From a plasmid, in the sequence record NZ_CP044080.1: DNA of 64,000 bases; one strand, given 5' to 3'. Shown here piece after piece: positions 1-9,212 of the stretch. The position numbers and the translations under genes are program-made. How positions within the stretch are numbered: the first letter of the stretch is position 1; every line of letters starts with the position of its first letter. The notes below the pieces were generated by a model. It saw only the letters and a list, made by a program, of their open reading frames with translations, was not told the origin of the DNA and made no database searches.

Positions 1-411
1 TTTTTCAGCGCACCGATGTTCGGCGTCTTTTCAGGCGGTATCCGCTCGACCTCTGGCAGATCCTTGTAGAGTCGGTTCTCAAATCGGCCGGTCTTTGCAT
101 AATGCAGAAGGGGAGAAATCCCCGCCGCGCGCACATCGGCATTGTACTTCAAGTAGGCGAACGGGGAAAAGTCCGGATTTGGCCGGAAACCACTGCTCTC
201 GCCATAAACCGCGTAATGCCTGAGCGGGAACTTCTTGAACAGAGGATGAATATGGGGATAAGCGCCAAGGTAATATGTCTTGTCGAACAGATTTTCCGCC
301 TTCGCGGCGCGGATCAGGGCCTTCTCCGAACTGCGAAGATTGAAGATCCGGAGAAATCTGAAAGCCCGTTGAGTGGTGGAAGCGGTTTGCTGGACCGAAC
401 TCTTATACATT
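1..411 (-). CDS. hypothetical protein, 3' end outside window (start ATG at 411); probably polysaccharide-modifying, co-oriented with the downstream sulfotransferase
   Basis: The minus-strand frame reads without stops from 411 past position 1 (…NLFDKTYYLGAYPHIHPLFKKFPLRHYAVYGESSGFRPNPDFSPFAYLKYNADVRAAG…). The plus-strand ORF 102..491 is its low-complexity antisense shadow. Not in the ORF track because no stop falls inside the window. Confidence 0.4.
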
Positions 412-426
412 CTTGCAGTCCTGACT

Positions 427-1443
427 TCAAATTTTGTCGACAAGGCGGCGCGACAGTTGGACCCAGTACGCCGGAGTCAGTGAATCTCTGAAGACCACGT
501 TATTTTCCTTCGGAAAAGCGCCGATTTCCACTCCACCACTCCTATCCTGGAACTGCCTGTTCAGGGGGCCGAATACATCTTTGAGCCGTTGATATTCGTC
601 CTTGGTGAAGATGGTTGTTTTCATCCCGTCCTTGCCAATGTCGTCCAGCGCAACCCTTGCTGTTTCCAGAAGCCATGACTTGAACGGCCTGCCTCCAAGG
701 ACATGCGCCACAACCCATGTTCCCAGCGGATCGGGAGAGACGTTGCTGTTTCCGGCAGGCAGGTCTTTCAGCGCACCGGCAAACTGGGGTAAGCCACATT
801 CCGTCATCATGCGGCCGATGATGCCGTGACTTTCGCGCGCCTCGCGCTCGTATGAGAAAAAGGAAATTTCTTCTGGCGAGAAGGCAGTTTCCAGATAGTC
901 TTTCAGATCGTTGTAATCCAGAAACAAGCCCGTGGCCATCTTGGAGGAAGCCGCGCCTTCAAAGAAGTTTCCCCAATGAATATTCACGCCGCTCTTGACG
1001 ACCTGCAGATATATGGATTGCAGGAATGAAATCTGGTTCCGCAGAAAGCAGACGACCTTTACTTCGTCAAAGTCAGACAGCATGTCTCGCAGTTTTCGCA
1101 TGTCGACCCGCGAATTCGGGTTTCCGCGCGAGAGTTCCTCGGTGCTGATCAGAACCGTGCGATCCGATTTCGCGTGGTCCCTTGCCAGCTTGGCCCATGC
1201 CGCTTGCGCGGTGGTGTCCAGATGGTAGGCTTCGGGCAGCTTTATCCAGTCCATTACCAAACCGTGCTGCCCACTCGCCTTTCCTATTTCCGGGAAGACA
1301 AGACCTTTTTCGGAAAGAAAACTCCTGTTCAATGCAAAGGTGTCTTGGATCGTCGTTGTGCCGGTTTTATGGGTACCGATATGCAGGATCACCTTGGACA
1401 TTGCAGCTCTTGTTTTCTTGTGGCGTTTTGGGGCTCTTATCAT
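427..1443 (-). CDS. sulfotransferase family protein
   Basis: N-terminal PAPS-binding 5'-PSB-like motif HIGTHKTGTT; GC clearly lower than the rest of the window. Confidence 0.55.
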   Translation of the reverse strand: MIRAPKRHKKTRAAMSKVILHIGTHKTGTTTIQDTFALNRSFLSEKGLVFPEIGKASGQHGLVMDWIKLPEAYHLDTTAQAAWAKLARDHAKSDRTVLISTEELSRGNPNSRVDMRKLRDMLSDFDEVKVVCFLRNQISFLQSIYLQVVKSGVNIHWGNFFEGAASSKMATGLFLDYNDLKDYLETAFSPEEISFFSYEREARESHGIIGRMMTECGLPQFAGALKDLPAGNSNVSPDPLGTWVVAHVLGGRPFKSWLLETARVALDDIGKDGMKTTIFTKDEYQRLKDVFGPLNRQFQDRSGGVEIGAFPKENNVVFRDSLTPAYWVQLSRRLVDKI

Positions 1444-1819
1444 GCGGGGACGGCGCTACACAACTGCGGTTCTGGCGCGCCAGATGGCGGCCGGCTGCAA
1501 CCCGCCCGGGCTTGACCGGAGCGTGAGTGCAAAGCTTTGTAATCAAGCTTCTGACAATGACGGATTCCCAAATTTTCCTTTAAACCCATAGTTGAAGCTT
1601 GAGGGCTGCGTGCAATGAAAAGCCTGCTGGATCAGCCTCTCACTTGGCCCGGAAGGCCGCGCCGCGTCAGCGGCGGCCTGTCGGGACCGGGGGTTGCCGT
1701 TGCAATGACCACGTTCACATAGTTGTGGACGTCATTTCTGGCCCGGCGGATCGGGCGGCGTGAACGGTGTCCTGGTTCAGCAAACGACATGGCGGACGAT
1801 CCCTCCATGCAGCCCAGAC

Positions 1820-1860
1820 AAACGCGCAGAAAGCAAAGGCTGGCCCCGAAAGGCCAGCCT
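1820..1860 (-). terminator. rho-independent terminator downstream of the terC-family gene
   Basis: Perfect 9-bp stem AGGCTGGCC/GGCCAGCCT (1837-1845 / 1852-1860) with loop CCGAAA, followed on the minus-strand transcript by UUGCUUUCUGCGCGUUU. Confidence 0.45.
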
Positions 1861-1891
1861 GCAGCACCCGCGATCAAATCGGAACGAACGA

Positions 1892-2536
1892 TCAATGCGC
1901 CATGCAGAGCGCGGGAAGGATGCCGGCGCAGGCGACTTCTTCGCTGCCTTCATAGATCATGCGCAGCGCGACGAACAGGATCACGGCAAGGCCGATCCAG
2001 GCGATGAAGCGATACTTGTTCAGCACCCGCGCGATCAGCGTGGCGGCCGCCCCCATCAGCACGACCGAGATGAGCAGCCCGATCACCAGCACGCCCACAT
2101 GTTCGCGCGCCGCACCGGCCACCGCCAGGACGTTGTCGAGCGACATCGACACATCCGCGATGATGATCTGGATCATCGCCTGCCAGAAGCCCTTCTTGGG
2201 CGCGCGCTCGGCGTCGGACAAGGCGTCGTCGGCGTTGTTATGTTCGCGGATCTCGCGATACATCTTCCAGCAGACCCACAGCAGCAGGATCCCGCCGGCC
2301 AGTGTCAGGCCGACGATGGCCAGCAGTTGCACGGCGATCAGAGCGAACAGGATGCGCAGGACGACGGCGCCGCCGATGCCCCAGAAGATGACGCGGCGGC
2401 GGATCGACGGATCGACCCCCGCGGCCGCCATGCCGACGACGACGGCATTGTCGCCAGCCAGGACGACGTCGATGAAGAGCACTTGCAGCAAGGCATAGAA
2501 CTCTGCGGCCATAAAGGATTCGGTCAAGGCGAGCAC
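1892..2536 (-). CDS. TerC/YjbE family integral membrane protein
   Basis: Repeated DNxxxxxxA motifs (VLAGDNAVVVGMAAAG, SMSLDNVLAVAGAA) and multiple TM helices typical of the TerC/Alx family. GTG start at 2536; an alternative ATG lies at 2512. Confidence 0.7.
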   Translation of the reverse strand: MLALTESFMAAEFYALLQVLFIDVVLAGDNAVVVGMAAAGVDPSIRRRVIFWGIGGAVVLRILFALIAVQLLAIVGLTLAGGILLLWVCWKMYREIREHNNADDALSDAERAPKKGFWQAMIQIIIADVSMSLDNVLAVAGAAREHVGVLVIGLLISVVLMGAAATLIARVLNKYRFIAWIGLAVILFVALRMIYEGSEEVACAGILPALCMAH

Positions 2537-2766
2537 CCGTCGTTATCAAGGACAAGACATCCGCAGACTGAGCCTGCTGCGCACACCCTGTCGAGCGATT
2601 TCCTGCGACGGGGCGCCGCACCTGCCGACCAGCGCGGGAACGTGGCGGGGATGAGCCAAGATCCCGTGAAGGTCAAGGTCCGCCGTGCGCGTCAGCCGGA
2701 ATGGGACGCGCGGCCGTCCGCCGAATCGGGGCGGCAACTGCCCCCTGCTGACAGCAAGGGCCGCGC

Positions 2767-3321
2767 TCAGGACGCGAAACCCAGCCAGCCCTCCAAGGCC
2801 TCCCAGCTTTGATCCATGGGCCATGCCGCGGTATGGGGAATGGCGATATGGCCGTAACGGAACGAGATCTGGCGTTCCGCCGCCTTTTCATCGTGGTCCA
2901 GGTCGGCCAGCAGCAGGGCGGAGGCCAGCCCGGTACGGTCCGCCCCCGACAGGCAGTGGATCAGGACCGGCTTGGGCACGGAGCGCATCAACGCGACCAG
3001 GGCGGCCGCGTGGTCGCGGTCCAGTTGCCGCCCGGCCGACATGCCGAAGTCGCGGTGCATGATGCCAAGCGCGCGCGAGGCGGCGATCTCGGCGTCGTAC
3101 CAGGCCGCGCCGTCGTGGCGCCCGCGCAGGTTGATGACGCTGCGGATGCCGTGGTCCGCGACCCATCGCGCCAGATCGTCGGCACTGGGCTGGGCGGAGC
3201 GATAGGCGATGCCTTCGACCACCGTGTGAAAGTTTCCGCGCAGTTGCAGGGTGGCGAGATATCCCCCCGGCAGGGCAAGGCAGGCGAAGGCGGCAAGGAC
3301 AAGGCGAAGAAGGGTTTTCAT
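2767..3321 (-). CDS. secreted dual-specificity/tyrosine protein phosphatase (CX5R family)
   Basis: N-terminal signal peptide MKTLLRLVLAAFACLA; catalytic P-loop IHCLSGADRTG (HCxxGxxRT). I trimmed the start to the ATG at 3321. Confidence 0.7.
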   Translation of the reverse strand: MKTLLRLVLAAFACLALPGGYLATLQLRGNFHTVVEGIAYRSAQPSADDLARWVADHGIRSVINLRGRHDGAAWYDAEIAASRALGIMHRDFGMSAGRQLDRDHAAALVALMRSVPKPVLIHCLSGADRTGLASALLLADLDHDEKAAERQISFRYGHIAIPHTAAWPMDQSWEALEGWLGFAS

Positions 3322-3452
3322 GGGCAACCGTGGCAGTGGATCTGCCCACCCGTCGCGCCCCAACCTGACGCCAACCTGAGCATTGGCGGAAGGCGTGCAG
3401 TCTCTAAGCCTCGGCCCGGGGGCCGGTGCGGATAATGGTAACCAAGGATGAT

Positions 3453-3476
3453 GCATCGCGGGACCGGTCCGCGATG
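3453..3476 (-). terminator. hairpin downstream of the response-regulator gene (putative terminator of the HK-RR operon)
   Basis: Perfect inverted repeat GCATCGCGG-accggt-CCGCGATGC (9-bp GC-rich stem), 40 nt past the RR stop codon. Confidence 0.4.
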
Positions 3477-3518
3477 CGGATGGTCAGCACAGGTCCATAC
3501 GCCCGGGTCGTGCGCCGG

Positions 3519-4160
3519 TCAAAGCCCCAGGTCGCGCGCTTTCAGGGCGGCCTCGACGCGGTTTCGGACCTGCAGCTTTTGTAGGATATTGGTCATGTAG
3601 TGCTTGATGGTCTTTTCCTGCAGATCCAGTTCGCGCGCGACCTCCTTGTTGCTGAGGCCGGTGGCGACCAGCCGCAGGATGGCGGCCTCGCGCTGGGTCA
3701 GGTCCTCGCTGGCAGCCTGCATGCCTTGGGCCGGGCGCGCCTGCATCGCCGCCAGAACCCGCGCGGCCAGCGAAGGCGAGACATAGGATGCGCCGCCTGC
3801 CACGCTTTGCAGAACCTCGACCAAGTGCGGGGCGGACACGCCCTTCAGCACATAGCCCCGCGCGCCCGCCTTCAGCGCGGCCATCAGGTCGTCGTCGGAT
3901 TCCGACACCGTCAGCATCACGATCGCCACAGCCGGAAAGCGCCGCGCGATTTCCGCTGCTGCGTTCAGCCCCGATCCGGGCATCGAGATGTCCAGCAGCG
4001 CCAGGTCGGGCAGGTGCGTTTCGACCGCCGCGACCGCTTCGGCGGCGGTGCCGACCTGCGCCAGCACGTCGAAACGGCCGTGTTCCTGCAAGGACAGCAC
4101 CACGCCGCCGCGCAGCAGCGGGTGGTCGTCGGCGACAATGATCTGGATCCGGTCGGTCAT
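3519..4160 (-). CDS. two-component response regulator, NarL/FixJ (LuxR-type HTH) family
   Basis: REC domain (IIVADDHPLLRGG…LLDISMPG) followed by a C-terminal LuxR HTH (LTQREAAILRLVATGLSNKEVARELDLQEKTIKHYMTNILQKL). ATGA overlap with the upstream kinase gene. Confidence 0.85.
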   Translation of the reverse strand: MTDRIQIIVADDHPLLRGGVVLSLQEHGRFDVLAQVGTAAEAVAAVETHLPDLALLDISMPGSGLNAAAEIARRFPAVAIVMLTVSESDDDLMAALKAGARGYVLKGVSAPHLVEVLQSVAGGASYVSPSLAARVLAAMQARPAQGMQAASEDLTQREAAILRLVATGLSNKEVARELDLQEKTIKHYMTNILQKLQVRNRVEAALKARDLGL

Positions 4161-5575
4161 GCAAAGGCCTCGGCGGCAAGGGTGATGGTCAGGCGGATGC
4201 CCTGCCCGGGGGCGGTGCGGATGTCGAATTCGCCGCCGATGCTTTCGACCCGTTCGCGCAGGCCGGGCAAGCCAAGGCCCTGCCCGTTCAGCGCGGCGGG
4301 GTCAAAGCCCGGGCCCTTGTCTTCGATCGCGACCTGCAAGCGCCCGTCGGCGGTCAGTTCGCAGGACATGGTGACGGGCGCGCCCGGGGCATGGCGCCAT
4401 GCGTTCATCAGGGCCTCCTGGGTAAAGCGATAGGCGCAGATCAGGATGGGGTGCGGTGCGGCGCGGTCAAGGCGAATGTCGCCCGAAAACCGCCGCTGGA
4501 CCGCGCTGCCGGTGCGGCGTTCGTGCGCGCCGATGGCCATGTCCAGCGTATCGGCCACGCTGCGCCCTTCCAGCGCGGGCAGCGTCAGGCCCCGGCACAG
4601 GTCGCGCACATCGACCATCGCCTCGTCCAGCGACGCGCGCAGGTCGCGCGCCTCGGGGCATCGGGCGCGACGCCGGCCCGGCACATCAGTGCATCCAAGC
4701 CGCAGCGAGGTCAGCGCCTGCGCCTGCGCGGGGCCGTCATGCAGTTCCGCGCTGATGCGGCGCATATAGCGTTCGTTCGTCTCGCTGACCCCGCGCGAGG
4801 CGGCCTGCACCCGTTCCCGCAAGGCCTTGTTCTGGCCCGAGACGCGCGCCAGTTCCGCGATGCGCCCAGTCAGTTCGCGGTTCTGCGCGTCGATGGTGCG
4901 GCTGCCCGCGCGCACGATCCCGAACAGTGCGGCAAAGGTCAGCGCCATGACCGATGCGACCGCTATCCAGGCGCGGGCGTGGGCCGCGCGCAGGTCGGCC
5001 CGCAGTTCAGAGGCTTCCAGATAGAACTCGGCGACCGCGATGACCTTGCCGGTGACGATCGAATGGATGGGATTATAGACCTCCAGCAGCGGCACGCCGG
5101 TCATGCGCTCGCGCAGGTTCTCGTCGTCGTCCAGGTCGTCGAACGAGGCGCTGAGTTCGCCCGCCCAAGCGCGCCGCAGCTTGTCGCCGGGTTCGAGCAT
5201 CTTGCCGATCAGGTCGGCATCGCTGCTGAAGGCGATCAGCCCGCCCTGGCGCCAGATCTTGGCGGACAGGATGCGCTCGGACAGGGGCGGTTCGTCCAGC
5301 AGGGCGCGCATCCGGTCGATGCTGGCGGGCGACAGAGTGCGGCTGTCAGCCAGTTCCTGCGACATCGGTGCGACGAAGCTTTCCATATAGACGGTGCTGG
5401 ACAGGGCCGCGTTACGCACCACGCTGTTTTCGATGCTGTCGCTGACCAGGCTGCCCACGACCAGCATGCCCGGCAAGGTGACCAGGCTGCCCGCCAAGGC
5501 AAAGCGGTGGTGCAGGGGCATTGCCGCCATGCGCCGGCGCCAGGCCGCCAGTCGCGTTTCGGATTTGGCCGTCAT
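4157..5575 (-). CDS. sensor histidine kinase, HisKA_3 (NarX-like) type
   Basis: Two TM segments flank a periplasmic domain; H-box ISAELHDGPAQ typical of HisKA_3; HATPase_c motifs (GQGLGLPGLRERVESIGGEF). I placed the start at the ATG at 5575; the track ORF extends further 5'. Confidence 0.75.
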   Translation of the reverse strand: MTAKSETRLAAWRRRMAAMPLHHRFALAGSLVTLPGMLVVGSLVSDSIENSVVRNAALSSTVYMESFVAPMSQELADSRTLSPASIDRMRALLDEPPLSERILSAKIWRQGGLIAFSSDADLIGKMLEPGDKLRRAWAGELSASFDDLDDDENLRERMTGVPLLEVYNPIHSIVTGKVIAVAEFYLEASELRADLRAAHARAWIAVASVMALTFAALFGIVRAGSRTIDAQNRELTGRIAELARVSGQNKALRERVQAASRGVSETNERYMRRISAELHDGPAQAQALTSLRLGCTDVPGRRRARCPEARDLRASLDEAMVDVRDLCRGLTLPALEGRSVADTLDMAIGAHERRTGSAVQRRFSGDIRLDRAAPHPILICAYRFTQEALMNAWRHAPGAPVTMSCELTADGRLQVAIEDKGPGFDPAALNGQGLGLPGLRERVESIGGEFDIRTAPGQGIRLTITLAAEAFA

Positions 5576-6022
5576 GCTGTCATCCCGATTTGGGCGGATT
5601 GTTGCTGAACAAGCCGCCGCCGCCAAGGCCGGAACGGAGTTTCGGACCTTGGTCCGAGGCGCTGTCGGACCCCCGGGGCAAGGGCCGCGCCCTTCAGGCC
5701 CGATGCCCCGCCGCAAGGGTCGGGCCGGGCTGGAGCAACGGCAGGACAGGGTGTCAGATGATCCTGCCCGAGCCAAAGACGCCCGCAACCCGGAGGAGAT
5801 CATCATGAAGACCCTGACCTGCCTGCCCTTGATCGCCGCACTGTCGCTACCGGCTTCGCGCCCGGCATCGCCGCCGCCGCGCTCTCGCCCGCCGACACCC
5901 GGCCCGCGGCGACCGCGGTGGCACCGAAACCCATCTTACTGGCCCGCCATGGCCACCGCGGCGGGAAGGGCCGGGGTCGGGGCCGCGATGACGGCCCGCG
6001 CCACGGGTGATCGGAGGGGGCC

Positions 6023-6574
6023 ATGAAAACGCTGACGACGCTTGCCGCGCTGGCACTGTCCGCCACCTCGGCCTTCGCCCAACCCGCGATGGTCGCCAAG
6101 ACCGACAAGGGTGAGGTGCTGGTCGATGGCCGGGGCATGTCGCTTTACACCTTCGACAAGGACAGCGACGGGAAATCGGTTTGCGAGGGCAAATGCGCCG
6201 CGAACTGGCCGCCGCTGGCCGCCAAGGCCGGCGACACGCCCCAGGGCGGCTTCGCGCCCATCTCCCGGCCCGACGGCTCAGCCCAATGGAGCTACAAGGG
6301 ACAGCCGCTTTATGGCTGGGTCAAGGACCACAGGCCCGGCGATGTGACGGGCGACGGGGTGAACGGGGTCTGGCATCTCGCCCGCCCTGAACCGCAAAGG
6401 CCGGCCCGTTCCGGAAAATGGACAGGCCTTTGCGTCAGACCGCAATGCCGGCAAGGGGCAGCCTCGGATCCAAAGCACATGATGCAGGGGGAATTTCCAG
6501 CCGAGCGGCAGAACTCGGAAACACAATACAGGGCCGCTCGGCTGATGGGCTTATCTAGCGGAATGTTGACGTGA
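6023..6574 (+). CDS. secreted COG4315-like repeat protein (two GxxLYxF/Y-X4-D-like repeats) with an unusual ~60-aa C-terminal extension
   Basis: Signal peptide MKTLTTLAALALSATSAFA; repeats GRGMSLYTFDKDSDGKSVCEGKCAANWPP and GQPLYGWVKDHRPGDVTGDGVNGVWHLARP; strong SD GGAGGGGG. Confidence 0.65.
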   Translation: MKTLTTLAALALSATSAFAQPAMVAKTDKGEVLVDGRGMSLYTFDKDSDGKSVCEGKCAANWPPLAAKAGDTPQGGFAPISRPDGSAQWSYKGQPLYGWVKDHRPGDVTGDGVNGVWHLARPEPQRPARSGKWTGLCVRPQCRQGAASDPKHMMQGEFPAERQNSETQYRAARLMGLSSGMLT

Positions 6575-6693
6575 ACGGCAACTTGTCCTTTTGGTCAGTT
6601 CGTCGCCTTCGCGGGTTGGACGCAGCCTTGCGCGATCCCGGGACGAACGCCTCTCAGCCCTTGTCCGCTGTCGCTTGGCGCTGCGTCTTCCCC

Positions 6694-9057
6694 TCATTCC
6701 AGCGCATAGGCGATGAAATAATCCCCGATCGGCGTCTCCATGAAGTCATGGCCTCCTGCGTTGATGACCAGGAACTGCCGGCCCCCCGCCTCATAGACCA
6801 TGGGCCCGGCCTGGCCGCCGGCGGGCAGCACGTCCTGCCACAGGACCTTGCCGCTGCGGATGTCGATGGCGCGGATCAGGTCGTCGGTGGCGGCGGCGAC
6901 AAAGACCAGCCCGCTTGCGGTCACGACCGAGCCGCCGTTGTTCGGCGTCCCGATGTCAAAGGGCAGCATCGAGGGCAGGCCGAAGGGTCCGTTGCGGCGC
7001 GCCGTGCCCAACGGCCGGTCCCACAGGACCTGGCGCGTCCGCAGGTCGATCGCCGTGATCCCGCCATAGGGCGGCTGGGTACACAGCACGCCGGTCAGCG
7101 GCGCGCGCCAGCCCGGGTTCAGTCGGATGGCCCAGGGGGTGTCGCCCTGGGGGTTGATGTTCTCGGGCGTTTCCTGCCCCGGCTCCAGCTGGTCGATGGG
7201 CGCGGCCCCCAGGGCGTCGGCCTTTTCGCGCGGTATCAGCTGGTTGCGATTGGCGGTGATGTTGTAGTTCGCGACCATGATGCCGCGCGCCGGATCGACC
7301 GCAACCCCGCCCCAGTCCGAGCCGCCGTTGTAGCCCGGGAACTGGATCCAGGGGCGCTCGGCCGAGGGCGGCGTATACATGCCGCGATAGTCCGAGCGGC
7401 GGAACTCGATGCGGCACCAAAGCTGGTCCAGGGGCGTCGTGCCCCACATGTGGCGCTCTTGCAGGTCGGGCTTCAGCACATTCGGGAAATCGGTGACGAA
7501 GGGTTGGGTCGGGGACAGGCGGTCCGGCTCGACCCCGCCCTGGGGAACCGGGCGCTCCTCGGTTTCGACCAGCAGGGCGCCGGTGCGGCGGTCGAAGATC
7601 CAGAACATGCCCTGCTTCGTCGGCAGGATCAGCGCCGGCACTGGCCCGTCCTGGGTCGGAAAATCGACCAGCGTCCCTTGGGAGCCCAGGTCATAGTCCC
7701 AGACGTCATAATGCACGGTCTGGTAATGCCAGACCACATCGCCGGTCGTCACGTCCAGCGCCACCAGCGCGGTGGAATAGGTGTTCTCGGCCTCGGACCG
7801 CAGGCTGCCCCAGTAGTCCACCGCCGAATTGCCCAGGGGCAGATAGACCTGTCCCAGCGCGTCGTCGCCCGAGGCGATGGTCCAGATATTCGGCGTGCCG
7901 CGGGTATAGGTCTCGCCCTCGGGCGGCAGGCCCTTTTCTCCGGGCCGGCCCATGTCCCAGGCCCAAAGCAGCGCCCCGCTTTGCACGTCATAGCCACGCA
8001 CCACGCCCGAGGGCGCGTCGCGGCGCTGGTTGTCGCGCACCTGGGAATGGACGACCGCGACATTGCGCACCACCGTCGGCGGAGAGGTCGGCGCGTACCA
8101 GCCGGGCACGGTATGCCCGATGCCCTGGGTCAGATCGACGCTGCCCCCCTGGCCGAAATCGGCGCAGGGCTGGCCGGTGCGGACGTCCAGCGCGATCAGC
8201 CGCGCATCCAGCGTGTTCATCAGGACCCGCTGGGCGCAGACGCCATCGGCCTGGGGCGCCGCGTGATAGGCGAGCCCCCGGCAGGTGGCGTTATAGGGGA
8301 TGGCGTCGGTCGAGACCTGCGGATCATGGCGCCAGTTCTCGCGCCCGGTGGCGGCATCCAGGGCGATGACCTTGTTCATCGCCGAGCAGATCAGCAGCTG
8401 GTCGCCGATCTTCAGCGGCGTGTTCTGGTTGGAAAAGCGCTCGTCCCCGGCAGGCATGTCGCCGGTGCGGAAGGTCCAGACCGGCCTGAGGCCCGCGACA
8501 TTCTCGGGGGTGATCTGGCTCAGGGTGGAATAGCGCCGCGCCTGGTGCGTGCCGCCATAGGCGGGCCAATCCGCCCCGGCGTCCGGTGCCGATTGCGGGG
8601 CAAGGGGCTCGGGTTCGACCGCCGCAACGGCGTCGCCGCGCCCGCCGGCAAGATAGGCAAGCGCACCTCCGCCCAGCAGCGCCAGAGCGATCCCCGCAAG
8701 CCACGTTCCGCGCCGGCGCAAGCCCGGCGCGGCCAGGATCACCAGCACCAGGACGACCGTCGGCGCGACCAGCCGGGGCACCTGCGCCCAGCCGTTCAAC
8801 CCCGCCTCCCACAGGGCCCAAAGGACCGTCGCCCCATAGACCAGCAGATAGACCCACAGCGCGCCGCCCCGTCCCCGGAACAGCAGCCAGGCCGTGACGA
8901 TCAGCCCGATCCCCGCCGGCAAATAGTACCATGAGCCTCCAAGCAGGATCAGCCACAGCCCGCCCGCGGCAATGGCCGCGCCGAACACCCCGATCAGCGC
9001 CGCGACAAAGGCCTGCCACCAGAACCATGATCCTCTTGCAACCTGTCCTTGCGGCAT
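6694..9057 (-). CDS. gcd: membrane-bound PQQ-dependent glucose dehydrogenase (quinoprotein Gcd)
   Basis: Five N-terminal TM helices followed by a PQQ beta-propeller carrying the family-typical W/DxxD motifs (DAATGRENW, DVTTGDVVWHYQTVHYDVWDYD, DIRSGKVLW); 787 aa, the typical Gcd length. Confidence 0.9.
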   Translation of the reverse strand: MPQGQVARGSWFWWQAFVAALIGVFGAAIAAGGLWLILLGGSWYYLPAGIGLIVTAWLLFRGRGGALWVYLLVYGATVLWALWEAGLNGWAQVPRLVAPTVVLVLVILAAPGLRRRGTWLAGIALALLGGGALAYLAGGRGDAVAAVEPEPLAPQSAPDAGADWPAYGGTHQARRYSTLSQITPENVAGLRPVWTFRTGDMPAGDERFSNQNTPLKIGDQLLICSAMNKVIALDAATGRENWRHDPQVSTDAIPYNATCRGLAYHAAPQADGVCAQRVLMNTLDARLIALDVRTGQPCADFGQGGSVDLTQGIGHTVPGWYAPTSPPTVVRNVAVVHSQVRDNQRRDAPSGVVRGYDVQSGALLWAWDMGRPGEKGLPPEGETYTRGTPNIWTIASGDDALGQVYLPLGNSAVDYWGSLRSEAENTYSTALVALDVTTGDVVWHYQTVHYDVWDYDLGSQGTLVDFPTQDGPVPALILPTKQGMFWIFDRRTGALLVETEERPVPQGGVEPDRLSPTQPFVTDFPNVLKPDLQERHMWGTTPLDQLWCRIEFRRSDYRGMYTPPSAERPWIQFPGYNGGSDWGGVAVDPARGIMVANYNITANRNQLIPREKADALGAAPIDQLEPGQETPENINPQGDTPWAIRLNPGWRAPLTGVLCTQPPYGGITAIDLRTRQVLWDRPLGTARRNGPFGLPSMLPFDIGTPNNGGSVVTASGLVFVAAATDDLIRAIDIRSGKVLWQDVLPAGGQAGPMVYEAGGRQFLVINAGGHDFMETPIGDYFIAYALE

Positions 9058-9212
9058 CGGCTTTCCTTTCGCGATTTCGGTGGCTGTTCCATCGGAACAG
9101 CCCCTGGCCGGGATGGTTCCGACCGAACGTCATTCCTTAGCCTGTCGCAGGGCCCGCGCATGGAACCATCCGCCCCCGCAAGTCATTCATCCCCCAGAAC
9201 AAAGGGCGGACC

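Noticed and set aside
102-491. 129-aa plus-strand ORF at the window start
   Set aside because: Non-protein-like composition. The opposite strand in the same codon register yields a protein-like sequence continuing off the window (feature 1..411 minus).
2537-2766. Possible yybP-ykoY Mn2+ riboswitch in the terC leader
   Set aside because: The expected GGGGAGUAG core was not found by manual inspection; only a CUUGUC element is present. Kept as a low-interest item that needs a cmsearch.
6571-8934. 787-aa plus-strand ORF exactly mirroring the gcd gene
   Set aside because: Antisense shadow ORF caused by high GC. Its product is Gly/Arg/Ala/Asp/Pro/Val low complexity, while the minus-strand frame gives a textbook PQQ glucose dehydrogenase.
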